A stretch of DNA of 64,000 bases, taken from NCBI GenBank assembly GCA_964247055.1, contig OZ176057.1, forward strand, positions 1,922,001-1,986,000, read 5' to 3'. Within the stretch, counting starts at the first letter, position 1; each line of letters starts with the position of its first letter. Both the position numbers and the translations under genes were made by a program. The notes beneath the pieces are model-generated. The model ran no database searches. It was given only the letters and a program-made list of their open reading frames with translations, and was not told the origin of the DNA. The DNA comes from Paragordius varius (taxonomy: Eukaryota > Animalia > Nematomorpha). This document shows, piece after piece, positions 27,501 to 39,200 of this stretch.

Positions 27501-30500
27501 TAACATTTACAAATTGTGTGGGAAAAAATATCGTTTCTTTATATATGCAACTATGAAAAACGAAAAATTTTCTTATACACAACAAACATGACAAAAATAT
27601 TCATTTAGCCATTTAATTAAACAGCTATGGCCCATAGTAGCTCTCGTTGTTACTGTAAAAGTGTGTAAAAATAAAATTGTTATACAGAAAAGCAATATTA
27701 TCTTGTTAATATTTTAATATAGATATACCATTTACAGTTCAAATTCACCCTTGAACAATTCAAATTCACCCTAAAAATAAATTATGTGTTTTCGAACTAA
27801 TATAACTCGTTATTAAAATGAAATATATGTTTATGGTATAGTTTATTATTTTTTCAGTATTATTTTAATTTAAAACAAAATTTTTATTTTTAAAAAATAT
27901 ATAAAATATAGGTAATTTTTGATCTTAAAAAACATATATATTTTAATTTGTGGGTGAATTTGAATTGTTCGAGGGTGAATTTGAATTGTTCAAGGGTGAA
28001 TTTGAATTGTTCAAGGGTGAATTTGAATTGTTTAAGGGTGAAATTGAATTGTAAATGGTATATATGTTAGGATAGGACTAACTTGTAATAACACAATTGT
28101 GACTTAATGACTGATAAAAAGTGTTAAAAATATTGTTTGGTTTAGTTGCAACATTTAACTACAGTGTTTAATTTAGTGACTGCTTATTAACCATCAATTA
28201 TATTTTTATCCCTGATAAATTCAGTCAATAAGAAAGCAAAAACATTAACTGAAATCAAAACATAAAATTTATGTAAAAACATCATATATTAGGCTGGTTC
28301 TGACTGATGATTAGATTAATGCTTCTACTGCATTCCACTTGTCAAATAAATCACCAAATATGTCAATATGTGTTTTCGCATTATTTAAAAACATATAAAA
28401 AAAATTTTATAGAAATATTTACATATTCATTCAATTTTTTGTCATTATAGTTACCGTCAAATATAAAATTTTATAATTTATTTAGTATCAGTAATTTATT
28501 GTGATGTTGTACATATTCTAATAAACAGTAACCGCTTAAAAAGCAAACCAGTTTATAAAAGCAACACTATTATCTAAATATCTAAGCCTCCTAAACAATT
28601 AACCACTTTTTTCGAATATGTGGCTACTCATTGAATTGTTTGAATACCAACAATAAACAAGGATATAGGCAAAAATTATAGATAATTCCAAATATTACAT
28701 TAACACCTCTGAAATTGAACACAAATTTATCTAATTTTAAATTAACCCTAAAAATATATTATATGTTCTTTGTGTATAATTTACGGAGAGAGTTTATAAC
28801 ATAATTGATTAATTTTTTTTTGGTTTTTACATTAATTACATTATCATCCATTTGTGCAAAAAAACCCAAATACTACACGGTGGGCAGACAAAAATTAATA
28901 ATAAGAAATCAAATATCATTCGATAACTAAAAGCTACAATATAATGAATATCGAAATGATAACGCGGTTAAAATACTAGAAAAAAAGTTAGTTTAATTTT
29001 CCTGCTATTAGCCAAAATCAATTAATCGCAGTTTTTTCGCATTTAAGGTTAAATAAAATTAAATACAACAACATATGAAAACGTGTCAACAAAATTTTTG
29101 TTCAAATATAGCATAGGGATAATTCTAAACGCAAAAAATTATCAACAAAGAATTTATGTTTATTCGGAGGGTCCCAGAAAGATTTTTATGAATATTAGCT
29201 AAAAAATCGCACTTTGTCATCATATTGAATGTAAAAAACTTATTAATATGCGGTAAAAAAATTTTATTTTTTATTAAATTAATCATATATATACTTTATA
29301 CACTCAATATATCGCCCTTAAATAAGCCTTACATAAAATAGTAAATTCTATAATCCAAAGCGGGCGTATAAATGTTGCAAAACATCCATCCAATATGTAT
29401 TTGAATACTTTTTCCATAAAATTTGATGCAGAAAAAAGATCTATCGCTCATTAATTGGAATTTTTATGCCCTAAAGCCGGTCTTAAAGGCCAAAATGGCG
29501 CCAATTCCCTAAATCAAAAATCTGAGAAGATATATCTTTTAATCTGCATCGAATTGTTTGAAAAAAGTATTTATATTATATATTGGATGTATTGTAAAAA
29601 TTATAGGCAACTTTCGCTTAGGTGCAAATTATCGAAAAAAAAAATTTATGAGGCTTAGATTTTTTTAAGGCGATATATTGGGTAAAATTTATATATAGAG
29701 TTAATATATGATAGTTACTGAAAATTAAAATATTTTACTGCATATTAATAAGTTTTATGATTATTTAATGAGAAAGTGCGATATTTGGGCTAATATTCTT
29801 GAGCTTTCTTGAAACCTCCAAAAAATGTAAAATAATTGCGTTTAGAATTATCCATATGCTATAGATGAGAAAATAAAATTTAGTTGACACGTTTAAATCT
29901 ATTGCATTAATTTCATTGGTCCTAATGTGCAAAAAATGCGATTTTGAATTTGGTTAACAGCAGAAAAATTAATTAACTTATTTTCTGGTATAATCGCGTA
30001 TTCAGTATACTGAATATTTTAGCTCTCGAATGATATATGATTCAATCCTTTGTTTTTTGAGCCTGATTTTTGCTGCACAGTGCTATAGATAATTTTTAAG
30101 TGCAGTCTTTTGACAAAAATTTATATAAAAAATTTTAATACAAGCACTTACATAAATATCTTTATATTTAATTAAATTTAAATTAAAAAACAAAAAAAAT
30201 TAAAAGTTATGCCAATAACAAATATTTTTTCCAATTATAATTATTATAACTAAAAAATAATAATATTAATGATAAATTAAATTTGCTCTAGTCTTATCAA
30301 GTGTTAAAGTGAATTTAAAAATATACCAAATTCCACAAAAGCGTAGGGGCGTTTGACTTGATAAATAGAAGCTGGATCATATTTTTGTTTAAATTCTGTG
30401 GCTAATTTTTCCAAAAACCCAAAAGCCAATTTTTTACTAAAGTTCTGTTCACATAAGGTCAAATAGATTACGCCTATGCTAGGATCTATAAGATAACTAA

Positions 30501-30787
30501 AAAATAAGATAATAAACGATACCAAAATATTTAAATCGATTATTAATACTATATATCTTTTTTTAGGAAAAAAAATTACTGGAATGTGTATTGATTAGAG
30601 TTTAAACTGCATCTCACAGGGGAATTCGGTGTCAATTTTTTAAATAATTGTTTAGCCTGATTCTGGTATTCAACTAATGATCGGCCTAACTATAAATAAT
30701 TTTATATAATACCTGTTCATTTCCTTCAATTGAAGCTGCCAGCGGTAATCCATCTGAAATACGAGCTATCATGGTTAAAAGTAACAT
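24576..30787 (-). CDS. SEC22B: vesicle-trafficking R-SNARE SEC22b (longin + SNARE + TM), 242 aa
   Basis: complement join(30713..30787,30580..30689,30327..30496,26791..27006,24576..24733). Translation: MLLLTMIARISDGLPLAASIEGNEQ|LGRSLVEYQNQAKQLFKKL..|..LTLCEQNFSKKLAFGFLE..RPYAFVEF|..QNIDDVLRRGETLS|MLDDKAAHLS..C-terminal TM. All introns GT-AG with consistent phases. Confidence 0.95.
25676..26836. repeat. ~165-180 bp minisatellite derived from the SEC22B exon 4 3' end, donor site and adjacent intron
   Basis: Donor-equivalent AC (plus strand) at 25760, 25924, 26103, 26277, 26457 and 26624; true donor at 26789. Units alternate between a short and a long variant. Confidence 0.92.
27111..27456. mobile_element. 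MITE (TACCATTTACAGTTC termini, TA TSD) in SEC22B intron 3
   Basis: TIRs containing 21-bp TTGAACAATTCAAATTCACCC-type repeats; TA on both sides. Confidence 0.85.
27726..28060. mobile_element. MITE, same family, second copy in the opposite orientation
   Basis: Same termini and TA flanks; internal region is the reverse complement of 27111-27456. Confidence 0.85.
28925..30045. mobile_element. degenerate fold-back element in SEC22B intron 3
   Basis: ~28925-29360 pairs imperfectly with ~29660-30045 (e.g. GGATAATTCTAAACGCAA / TTGCGTTTAGAATTATCC). Confidence 0.7.
30690..30712 (-). other. 23-nt intron (SEC22B intron 1)
   Basis: GTATTATATAAAATTATTTATAG. Removal joins EQ|LGRSLVEYQ, colinear with vertebrate EQ|SGRDLQQYQ; retention gives an in-frame TAA. 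Confidence 0.8.
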
Positions 30788-33700
30788 CACACAGGTTTTA
30801 AAAAAATTGGTCGATACGCGTGTTCAGTATCACATTATATGAACAACCATATGTTATAAAATTTTTACGCTTTATTACCTTTTGTGGTACTTTACCCCAG
30901 AATTATAATAAATTTAAAAAAATGTTTAATATTGAACCAAAATATGCATTTTATCTCTCAGTAATTCATTACATTTTTTCTTTTTTGCTCTAGTTTAGGG
31001 GTATTTTATATCCCGAGCATCTTGTAAATAAACTACTGTTTTGAAAGTTATATTTATTACACTATAATCGCCAAACATTGTTCGCATGTATTACAAAACT
31101 TATTCTACAGTTTTGCTTCTAGAGTTTAAAATTGATAACTCCAAAAGTCGATGTACGAACAGCTTATATTAATTAAAATGTATTAAGTTTTTGCTTGTTA
31201 GTGGACTGAAAACTTCTTAAAGTTAATTATTTACATTTTATAACCATAAAATACACATATATTCCTCTTGCTATAAACTAAAAAAATTATAAAAAAAATG
31301 GCGGCATTTTGAGATGAGGAATTTTTTACATTTAAAATTTTTTTGCATAATGCGCCTAAATAGCAAAGAAAAAAATTTTGAGATAAACTTAAAACTTAAT
31401 TTTTTAAGATCGAATCATAAATCGGTAAAACTACACCGAAATTTCATGAATTTTTAAAAAATATGACGGCTAAAATGTTTTCATGGATTATTTTTTACAA
31501 TTTCTTTTTTTTAAAGAATTTCACGCGCTTAAAAGGCTAAAAAAAGCATATATTTAAATTTGGTCATAAACTAAAAATATTGGGATATATAACTACCTTA
31601 AAAATAAATCTATATTATGGCTAAAAAATACTACATTTTGTAATTACTTTATATTATGAAGTTAGATGTTTGTTTTTATCAAGTTTTCCAGCTATCCCAA
31701 TCAAACCTTAGAACTTAGAAAGGAAAAAATGTAAGCTTTTTTGAGGAAATTAATAATAAAGTTTTAATAAAAACAACTTTCAAGTTCGAGTTAAAGTTAT
31801 GTATACAAAACTCCCATAATATGTAATCATCTATATAAAGCTTTGCAAGTTGTATTTTTCAATTAAAAACATCGACCCGGGCCGCATTTGGAAACTTGAC
31901 AAATATTATTATTAAATTATAAACATATGATTGTAAAAACCATTAACTTTGCTACTTCATAACCAAAATTTAGAAATACTGATTATTTTGTTAAAAAAAT
32001 TTATTTTCTCCGTAAAATTTATATTTATGGTGGGCTACAGAAATATTACAGCATGATGGACACTAGACTGCATGTTGTGTTAATAAAATTACATATGTAT
32101 ATATCAATATATTTTAATGTGCGACATTCAAAATCTTAAAATTGGGTTAGTTGTTTTAAAATAAGTGAAGGCTGAAATTGCAAGTTAGCAATTTTTATGC
32201 TATTTATATAAAATTAAAAAACTCAGTATACTAATGATATCGATTTAGCTGATAGCTAAATAGGCGCCATTTACTCTGTTAATATATAAAAAAATTTATA
32301 AAAATGATTGGTTTACGGAAGATCATCAAGCACATTATAGAATACTGTTATAGATATATCAAATTTTCCACAAAGTACCATGATTTTTATTTTAGATGAC
32401 TGGTAAATCAATTGATTTTTTCAACAACTACGGATTCTCAATTTTATTTCTCTATGTTATTTACGCATTTCCGCCAACAACTTAAAAAGCATTTTATTAG
32501 TCGCTTTTTTGTGGTTTAACTTTGAACTCCGTATAATATTGCAGAGAGGATTGATGAATTGATTAGATTATTTTTGTTGATAATTTGGTATAATGAGGTT
32601 TACGTATTAACAAATCATACTTTGCCTAAAATTTAATTTTGGTTAATCTAGTGGTTTTTGAAGCATGATGGAAACGGTATTTTAGATATAACACTTTTTT
32701 AATGATGCTGATGATTTTTATTGCAAATTTTTTCATAAACTCTAATATTTACTAAAAATTTTACAATTAAATTATTCAATATTTTATTTTATTATAGTTT
32801 TATTTTTCAATTTTAGTTTAACTCGTTATAAGTGTTGCTAAATGTTTTATAAATGTGATTAACAATTTTTTAGTTTTTTAATTAAAGAGCTTCACTCCAA
32901 AATAATTAATTTTTTTAACTCACATAGGAGACCAATTTTTATACTAAGTAAATTATACTCTTCTAAATTATTGATACAATAATGATGGGGCTGGTGCCAT
33001 CAGATCGTATCAAATAAATATATATTCTCAAATATTTCAAATTTAAATGTGATAATATAATTAATTTTGGCTTTTGACTTAAAACATGGCCCAAAATTGC
33101 AAATCTTTTAAGTAGTGAGGTTATTTAAGAACACAATGAACTAATAATTATTATCTAACAGAATGCTAATACATATAAATATAATGTAGCATTTTATTGA
33201 CAGGCTTAAGCTAACATATAATTTATAAAGATCAAATAATTTTCTGTTTCGACTTTTCCTTTTGAAATTGTTTGGATTGAATTTCAGCTAATCGCTTGCA
33301 TTCTTCGGACAAGTATAGATATTGAGTACTTTGACAAAAGGGGCGTATAATACCTCCACTAACCAAACACTTTCCTGGTTTTATTATGGTCTAAATTACA
33401 AAGATATATATATTAAATATAAAATTTGCTGTCTAAATCGAAATATATATTATTTACGGTGTGAGATTTAAATATACGTTTAACACTCCATTATTTTTGG
33501 AGTAGTATTTTATTCCAAAGCCATGAAATTTGAATATCTGAAAAAGTATTTAAGGTATTACAAATTTAAAAATATTCTTTCTTTAGTCTTTTTATTGTAA
33601 AATTTCTTAAATAATGTAAAATTGAATAAATCCTCATTTCAAACTTTTGGCCACCATTTTTCTATGAATATTTTAAAAAGGCTAATTCTGTATATTATTG

Positions 33701-34418
33701 TTCGAAAATTTAACTTTAATAAGCTTTCAGGCTACATTTTACAGCAAAATCTTCAAATATTTTTATTATATTAGCTGTTCGTTATAATCTTCTTGGAGCG
33801 GTCCCTGTAGGATTTTCTTTATATTATATGTTATTGGTTAAGTATTGTAAATAATGAGAAAAAAGAGTTTTTTTAATAACAAAATACGAATTTGCCAGAT
33901 ATTTTATACCGAATAAAATATTGATCATAAATTCTTAAAAAAATAACCAAAAAAATTTCAGAGAAATTTATTTAAAACATCGGTAAGAACGGTACCCGTT
34001 TTCTAACAAATGATTTGAAAAAAAGGGAAAAATATATCAAGAAATCGAGTAAAGTGATCGGTAAGATTTCCTATTAGTTGGAACACTTTTCTCTATTGCC
34101 AATTCAATATATAGCCAAAACCCAAAAAATAACACGATATTATTTTTCAATCTTGTATAAGTTTATTAAATTATTACTTGGCTTCCAATAATCAAATATA
34201 TCATATAAATAGCTGTTTATGAAATGTCTAATTATAATTCCTAAGTATAACATTCAGTATATATCAAACCCCGAGAGCGTTGAAGAATTACTTTATGTTA
34301 AAATTAAATTACTATAATACTGAATGTAAACGGGCGTGTTAGAAAGCGATAGCAACCTTTGCTAAATCTGAATGAAGTATTTTAATCAAAAACTATTTTA
34401 AATTTTTAAAAGTCTTAC

Positions 34419-34796
34419 TTGTTGTACTTCAATTTCAAGTTTACAATCTGAATCTGCCTCGGTCACAGCTGTCGGAATCATTTTAGTAAACATGGGGGGT
34501 ACACTTGCGTCCCAATAAGTCGTTCCCAAATAATCCGTTTTTTGCTGAAAAAGTTGTGTTGGTTTTTTCATTTCTTGCAGAAACTGCTCTTGGACACTAT
34601 CATTCATGTTTCTTGATGGTGTGAAGTTATAACTTTGTGTGACATTAATTTGGTTTAATGATATGAGTTTGCCAAATTGTTGAAGTTTTAGGGATAAACT
34701 ATTATTGGTTAAATTTGAATTTGTTGTTACATTTGCTTGAAGGAAAAAGTATGTATTGTTGGAAGACGGTATATTAACGTCTGAACAAGAACTTAT
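34419..34796 (-). CDS. probable internal exon of an unidentified secreted glycoprotein
   Basis: 126 open codons bounded by TTTTAAG and GTAAGA, phase 0-0, with 7 or more N-X-S/T sequons. Neighbouring exons could not be phased. Confidence 0.5.
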
Positions 34797-36295
34797 CTTA
34801 AAATATGAGGTAAAAGAAATAAACACAAAGTTTAGTGGAGGTTGTTAAAGACTGGTAAAAATTATCTAATTTTATGTAATAAATATATGAAAACTATAAA
34901 AATTTACCGACATCAATCCGAATATTATGGCTAAAACTACACGATCCATTTTAAAAGGGGTTTTTAATGAGAACTGGAGTACGAGGTATGAAAAGGAATG
35001 TTATAACTTTACCAAAATATTATCCAAAAAACAATAATTTTGATTTATGCGTCTAGCTTTATTTTAGAGACATTTTGGATTCATATCCTATATATCATAT
35101 TATATAAAGGCTTTAGTCAAAAAAACAGATCAAAGGAAAGTCTTAATTGAATGCATAATTTTATTAATAATTTTGTCAATGTTTATGGGGATTAAACATA
35201 ATATGGATTAAATCGTTATGCGTTATAGGATGTACTATGGATAAAAAACGATTTCTTAATCCTTTGATAATATGGAAATCAATAACAGAGGTCAATATAT
35301 TTTTACAACTGATTCACAATTTAGTTAATATTTGAAAATGACAAAATTACTTTAAGCAAGTGTCTTACGATATACTTACGTAATGACAACCCCCCCCCCC
35401 CCCCAAAAAAAACCGAAGCAAGTGTTTATATTTTATAAAAAATATCGAAATAAACCGTACATAAAAAAGTTTAGTGAAATGTATCCCATAAAAATTATTT
35501 AGAATGATAACGATAAATAAATGGATTCCATGAGACCTTTTTCTTGAATATTTTTACGCTATCAAATATAATTATATTTTCATAAAATATATTGATACTC
35601 GGCTTTTAATAAAAATGTAAATCAAGAAAACAAATTTTTTAGATGAGGTGGCTAAAGAAATACCCAGAGAACCCGCTAAAATCTTAAGATGACTAGCTAA
35701 ATCCTCCCTATAAGCTAAAATTAATTGGTTAATATTTGTTCTAATTTGCATTTAATTTGGTCCCTATTAATATATTTTTTATTATGGTCTTTGCTTTGAG
35801 CATATAATAAAATATAATTCGAAATAGTAAAAAACTGCTTAGAAAATTTTTTTATTATCTTTATGATGATAAATCTATGATAAAATTTGTTCGGCAGAAT
35901 AATTTTCCTGCTTTAATAAAACTTAAATGGAGATGTTTAAATAATATGAGAACATTTTGTTGCGTTAACAAGAATAGTTGACTTTTGTGAGTTTTTACGA
36001 ATTGTTATAAAAATATAGCTAATTCTTCTCAAATGTAACGAATTATAAATGTGACCAGAACAGGAAATCTTAATAAGTCGGCAAAAATTAAAAATAAGTT
36101 TTCGGATACTGTTACAAATCACCAAAAGCTGATCCTGTTTTCTTCTTCGAAGATGATTAAATTGTCTTTATAAAATTAATTTATAAAATAGAACACAGGC
36201 CTTTTTAGGCCATTAAAGCGTTAAAAAGAATAAACTATTAATCTGCTATTTTTTACAATTATCTGTGTGTCTAACATCATATTTGTGTCCCACAG

Positions 36296-39200
36296 TTTTG
36301 GACATTTCTGTAAATCTAAAAACATCAAAAAGCCGAAACAACATGTAAACTTAGCCAGAATCGTTAGACTCAAATCAACCGTCTATTTGCAATGTCAAAT
36401 ATTGTATATATTTTAATGATAAATATATAGCAAAACAACCCCATCAACTGTATTAAAAAGCCACAATTTTAGTCAAATTATAGCACATGTTCAGTGGTAT
36501 AAATTTGACCAAAAAACTGGAGAACCCAAAATGATTAACCTTCAAATGCATGATGAAGAACGGTTAGATCGGATTACTATGGATACATATCAAACATTAA
36601 TTATTCGCAATTTTAAATACCAAGATGCGGGCACCTATTTTTGTCAAGAAATGTCGGATAAGCTTGATTTTATGTTGGAAGAAGAGATGGAAACATTTAC
36701 GACAAAAAGTTTACTCTTGATATCAACATTAACTTGATGGTTAATTACTTTACATTGGCTTAATTTTGGTTTATATGGATATCGTTCGATAATTATAAAA
36801 TATTTGCATTATATCATTGAAAAACTTTGAATTATAAAAATATTTTTTATGATTTTTTTCCATCCGATAAATTGTTTTACATATTTTTCAAATATAATTT
36901 ACAATATCTTGTTATGAAAAAAAATAATATTTTTTAGGCAGTCTCCGTCCATTATAGCAATTGCAATATATACTAAAATGTTTGATTTTTACATTTTAAA
37001 TGATTCACTTGATAAACACGTATTTATATAAGCGTTTGATTTAACTATCATCTAGTACTAAGCTTTTTGCAATATTTTTTCGTAATCTACTTACAAATAA
37101 AATGGACGGATAAAATAACTAACAATGCAATTTGAAAAAAATCAATCCCGACATGCCATTGCTTGGAATAACCATCCGCACAAAGCTATACTACTTTGGC
37201 CACATTATGAGATCTAATTAACTGGAAAAATCGATGGGTAAAGTTAGTGGTACACGTAAAAGGGGCCGAAGAAAGTTAAGGTGCATGGACAATATTCAAC
37301 AAGAAACGGACGCCACTTGGCCTAACATAACATTAAAACTAAAAACCGCTATTTATGGCGAGGCTTATTTACAGTATTGCAAAAAGTCGACCTCGACTGT
37401 AGCAATACACAGTATGAGTAGGTATACATCGCTAGAAAGTTACTAATTATTGCCAAATAGTATATACAACAAAGGGCGGTATTATTGGCTGGTAATTATT
37501 TTTTTCACTTTTTACTATTATAAGCCAATAATACCGCCCTTTGGTGTATATGCTATTTGGCAATAATTAAAACCTTCTAGCAACGTGTACCTACTCATAC
37601 TGTAAATTGAAAGGGCTTGATATCGTTTATTGGGTTCGTTTTCCTATAAACAGTGTACAAAAAAATATCATGAGAAAGTATATATATTCCGATAGGAAAA
37701 TGTATCAGGAATCTCATTGCTTTTGGTTTAGGGGCTTACGGGTCTTGTAAAGAGTTATTTAAACTTTTGCAAGTGCTTCATATCAGATAATGGCGAAATT
37801 TGAGCACAGATTTTGTATTAAAATTTTGATGAAGCTAAATGCTAGTACATTTCGATAATCTCATTTTGATTAAATATTCGTTTGTCTTCAAATTTATGTC
37901 GAACAAATGTGTTTTATAATAAAATTTACCAAATTCGAAAGTTAACAAACCTTTATATTAACATCTGATATAATTGAAATGCTTAGCATCATAAAATTAG
38001 AAAAAGTGTACAATATCTAAAAGCGTTTTTATACAGTTTCTATGTCAGCTAAAAATTGAATTTTTTTTAAAGTATGATTTTTAAATATATTAAAAATTTT
38101 TATTACGATATTCCGGCATTTTTGCGTTTTTAAAAGAACTAGCCCGTTTTATAATAGTAAAAATCAAAGAATTTAAATATTATAAAATTATTTTCCTTTT
38201 TATAAGTAGTCTATGGTATATTTTAGTAATATTTTTTGGAATGAACATTTGGCTTTCACCAAAAAATTTTTTTTGAAATAAATGTGGGCAAATTTTGCCA
38301 TTTTCTGAATGGAGCACTACAATGTATTAACTTTCTTTCTCTCGTAAGGGCCAAAACCAAAAACACCATGATAATCCTGATACAATTTTTTATCAGAATC
38401 TATTTATTTCATCATGATATTTTTACATGACGTCCGATTCTGTACACTGTATATATGTAATGTGATACCTAATTCTTTATAATTTAAGCTGAAAAGTTTA
38501 CCTATTATACTAATATGAAAAAAGGTAAATTCAAAACTATCCTAAATGACAGATATATTACGTTATATATTTTAGATCATTCCATCCATTTCAAAATTTT
38601 CTACCATGTAGATGCCGTAGTTGAAGATGTTAATGAATGTAATACTTTTAATATAATTAATAAAAAAATAAAACAAATTATATAAAGACAAATATTTAAA
38701 AACAGCCATCTTTTGAACCTTAATATTTTATATAATTTATTGTTGGTTGCAAAAAATGAAAGTTTTATAGACATGAGCCATATAATTACATATTGTAGTC
38801 ATTAGATAATAAAATAATCATTTTAAATGTGTGATTTGTCTTAAAATATTAGTTTTTTAGTTTCACGTTATTTAGTTTTTACTGTAATACACAGCGTCTT
38901 TTAAAAAATAACCTGATATACATATATATATATATATATATATGTATATGATATGAAAATGTATTACGATTATCATGGTGCTTTTGGTTTTGACATTCAA
39001 ATAAATTTTTTTATAAGCTAGGCTTGATTCCAAAAATAAATATATGATAAACTACGTATAAAAACCAAAATGATATTTATTTTGATTTGATTGGATTCTG
39101 AAAGTACAAAATTTAATTGCTCATGTAAATGGGCTATATTTTTTTAAAATGCCGGAAATGCGGGACAAAAATTTAAAATATATGCCAAATCGTGATATCA

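Noticed and set aside
27111-28060. 21-bp repeats (also at 21.5 and 60.5 kb) and the SEC22B satellite as CRISPR-like arrays
   Set aside because: No unique spacers, they lie inside TIR elements or introns, eukaryotic context, and no cas genes.
36735-36824. Open frame continuing past the TGA after the first Ig domain (readthrough, Sec or altered code)
   Set aside because: A phase-1 GT donor lies upstream (~36709) and the stretch has no AG for ~230 nt, as expected of an intron. The other genes translate with the standard code.
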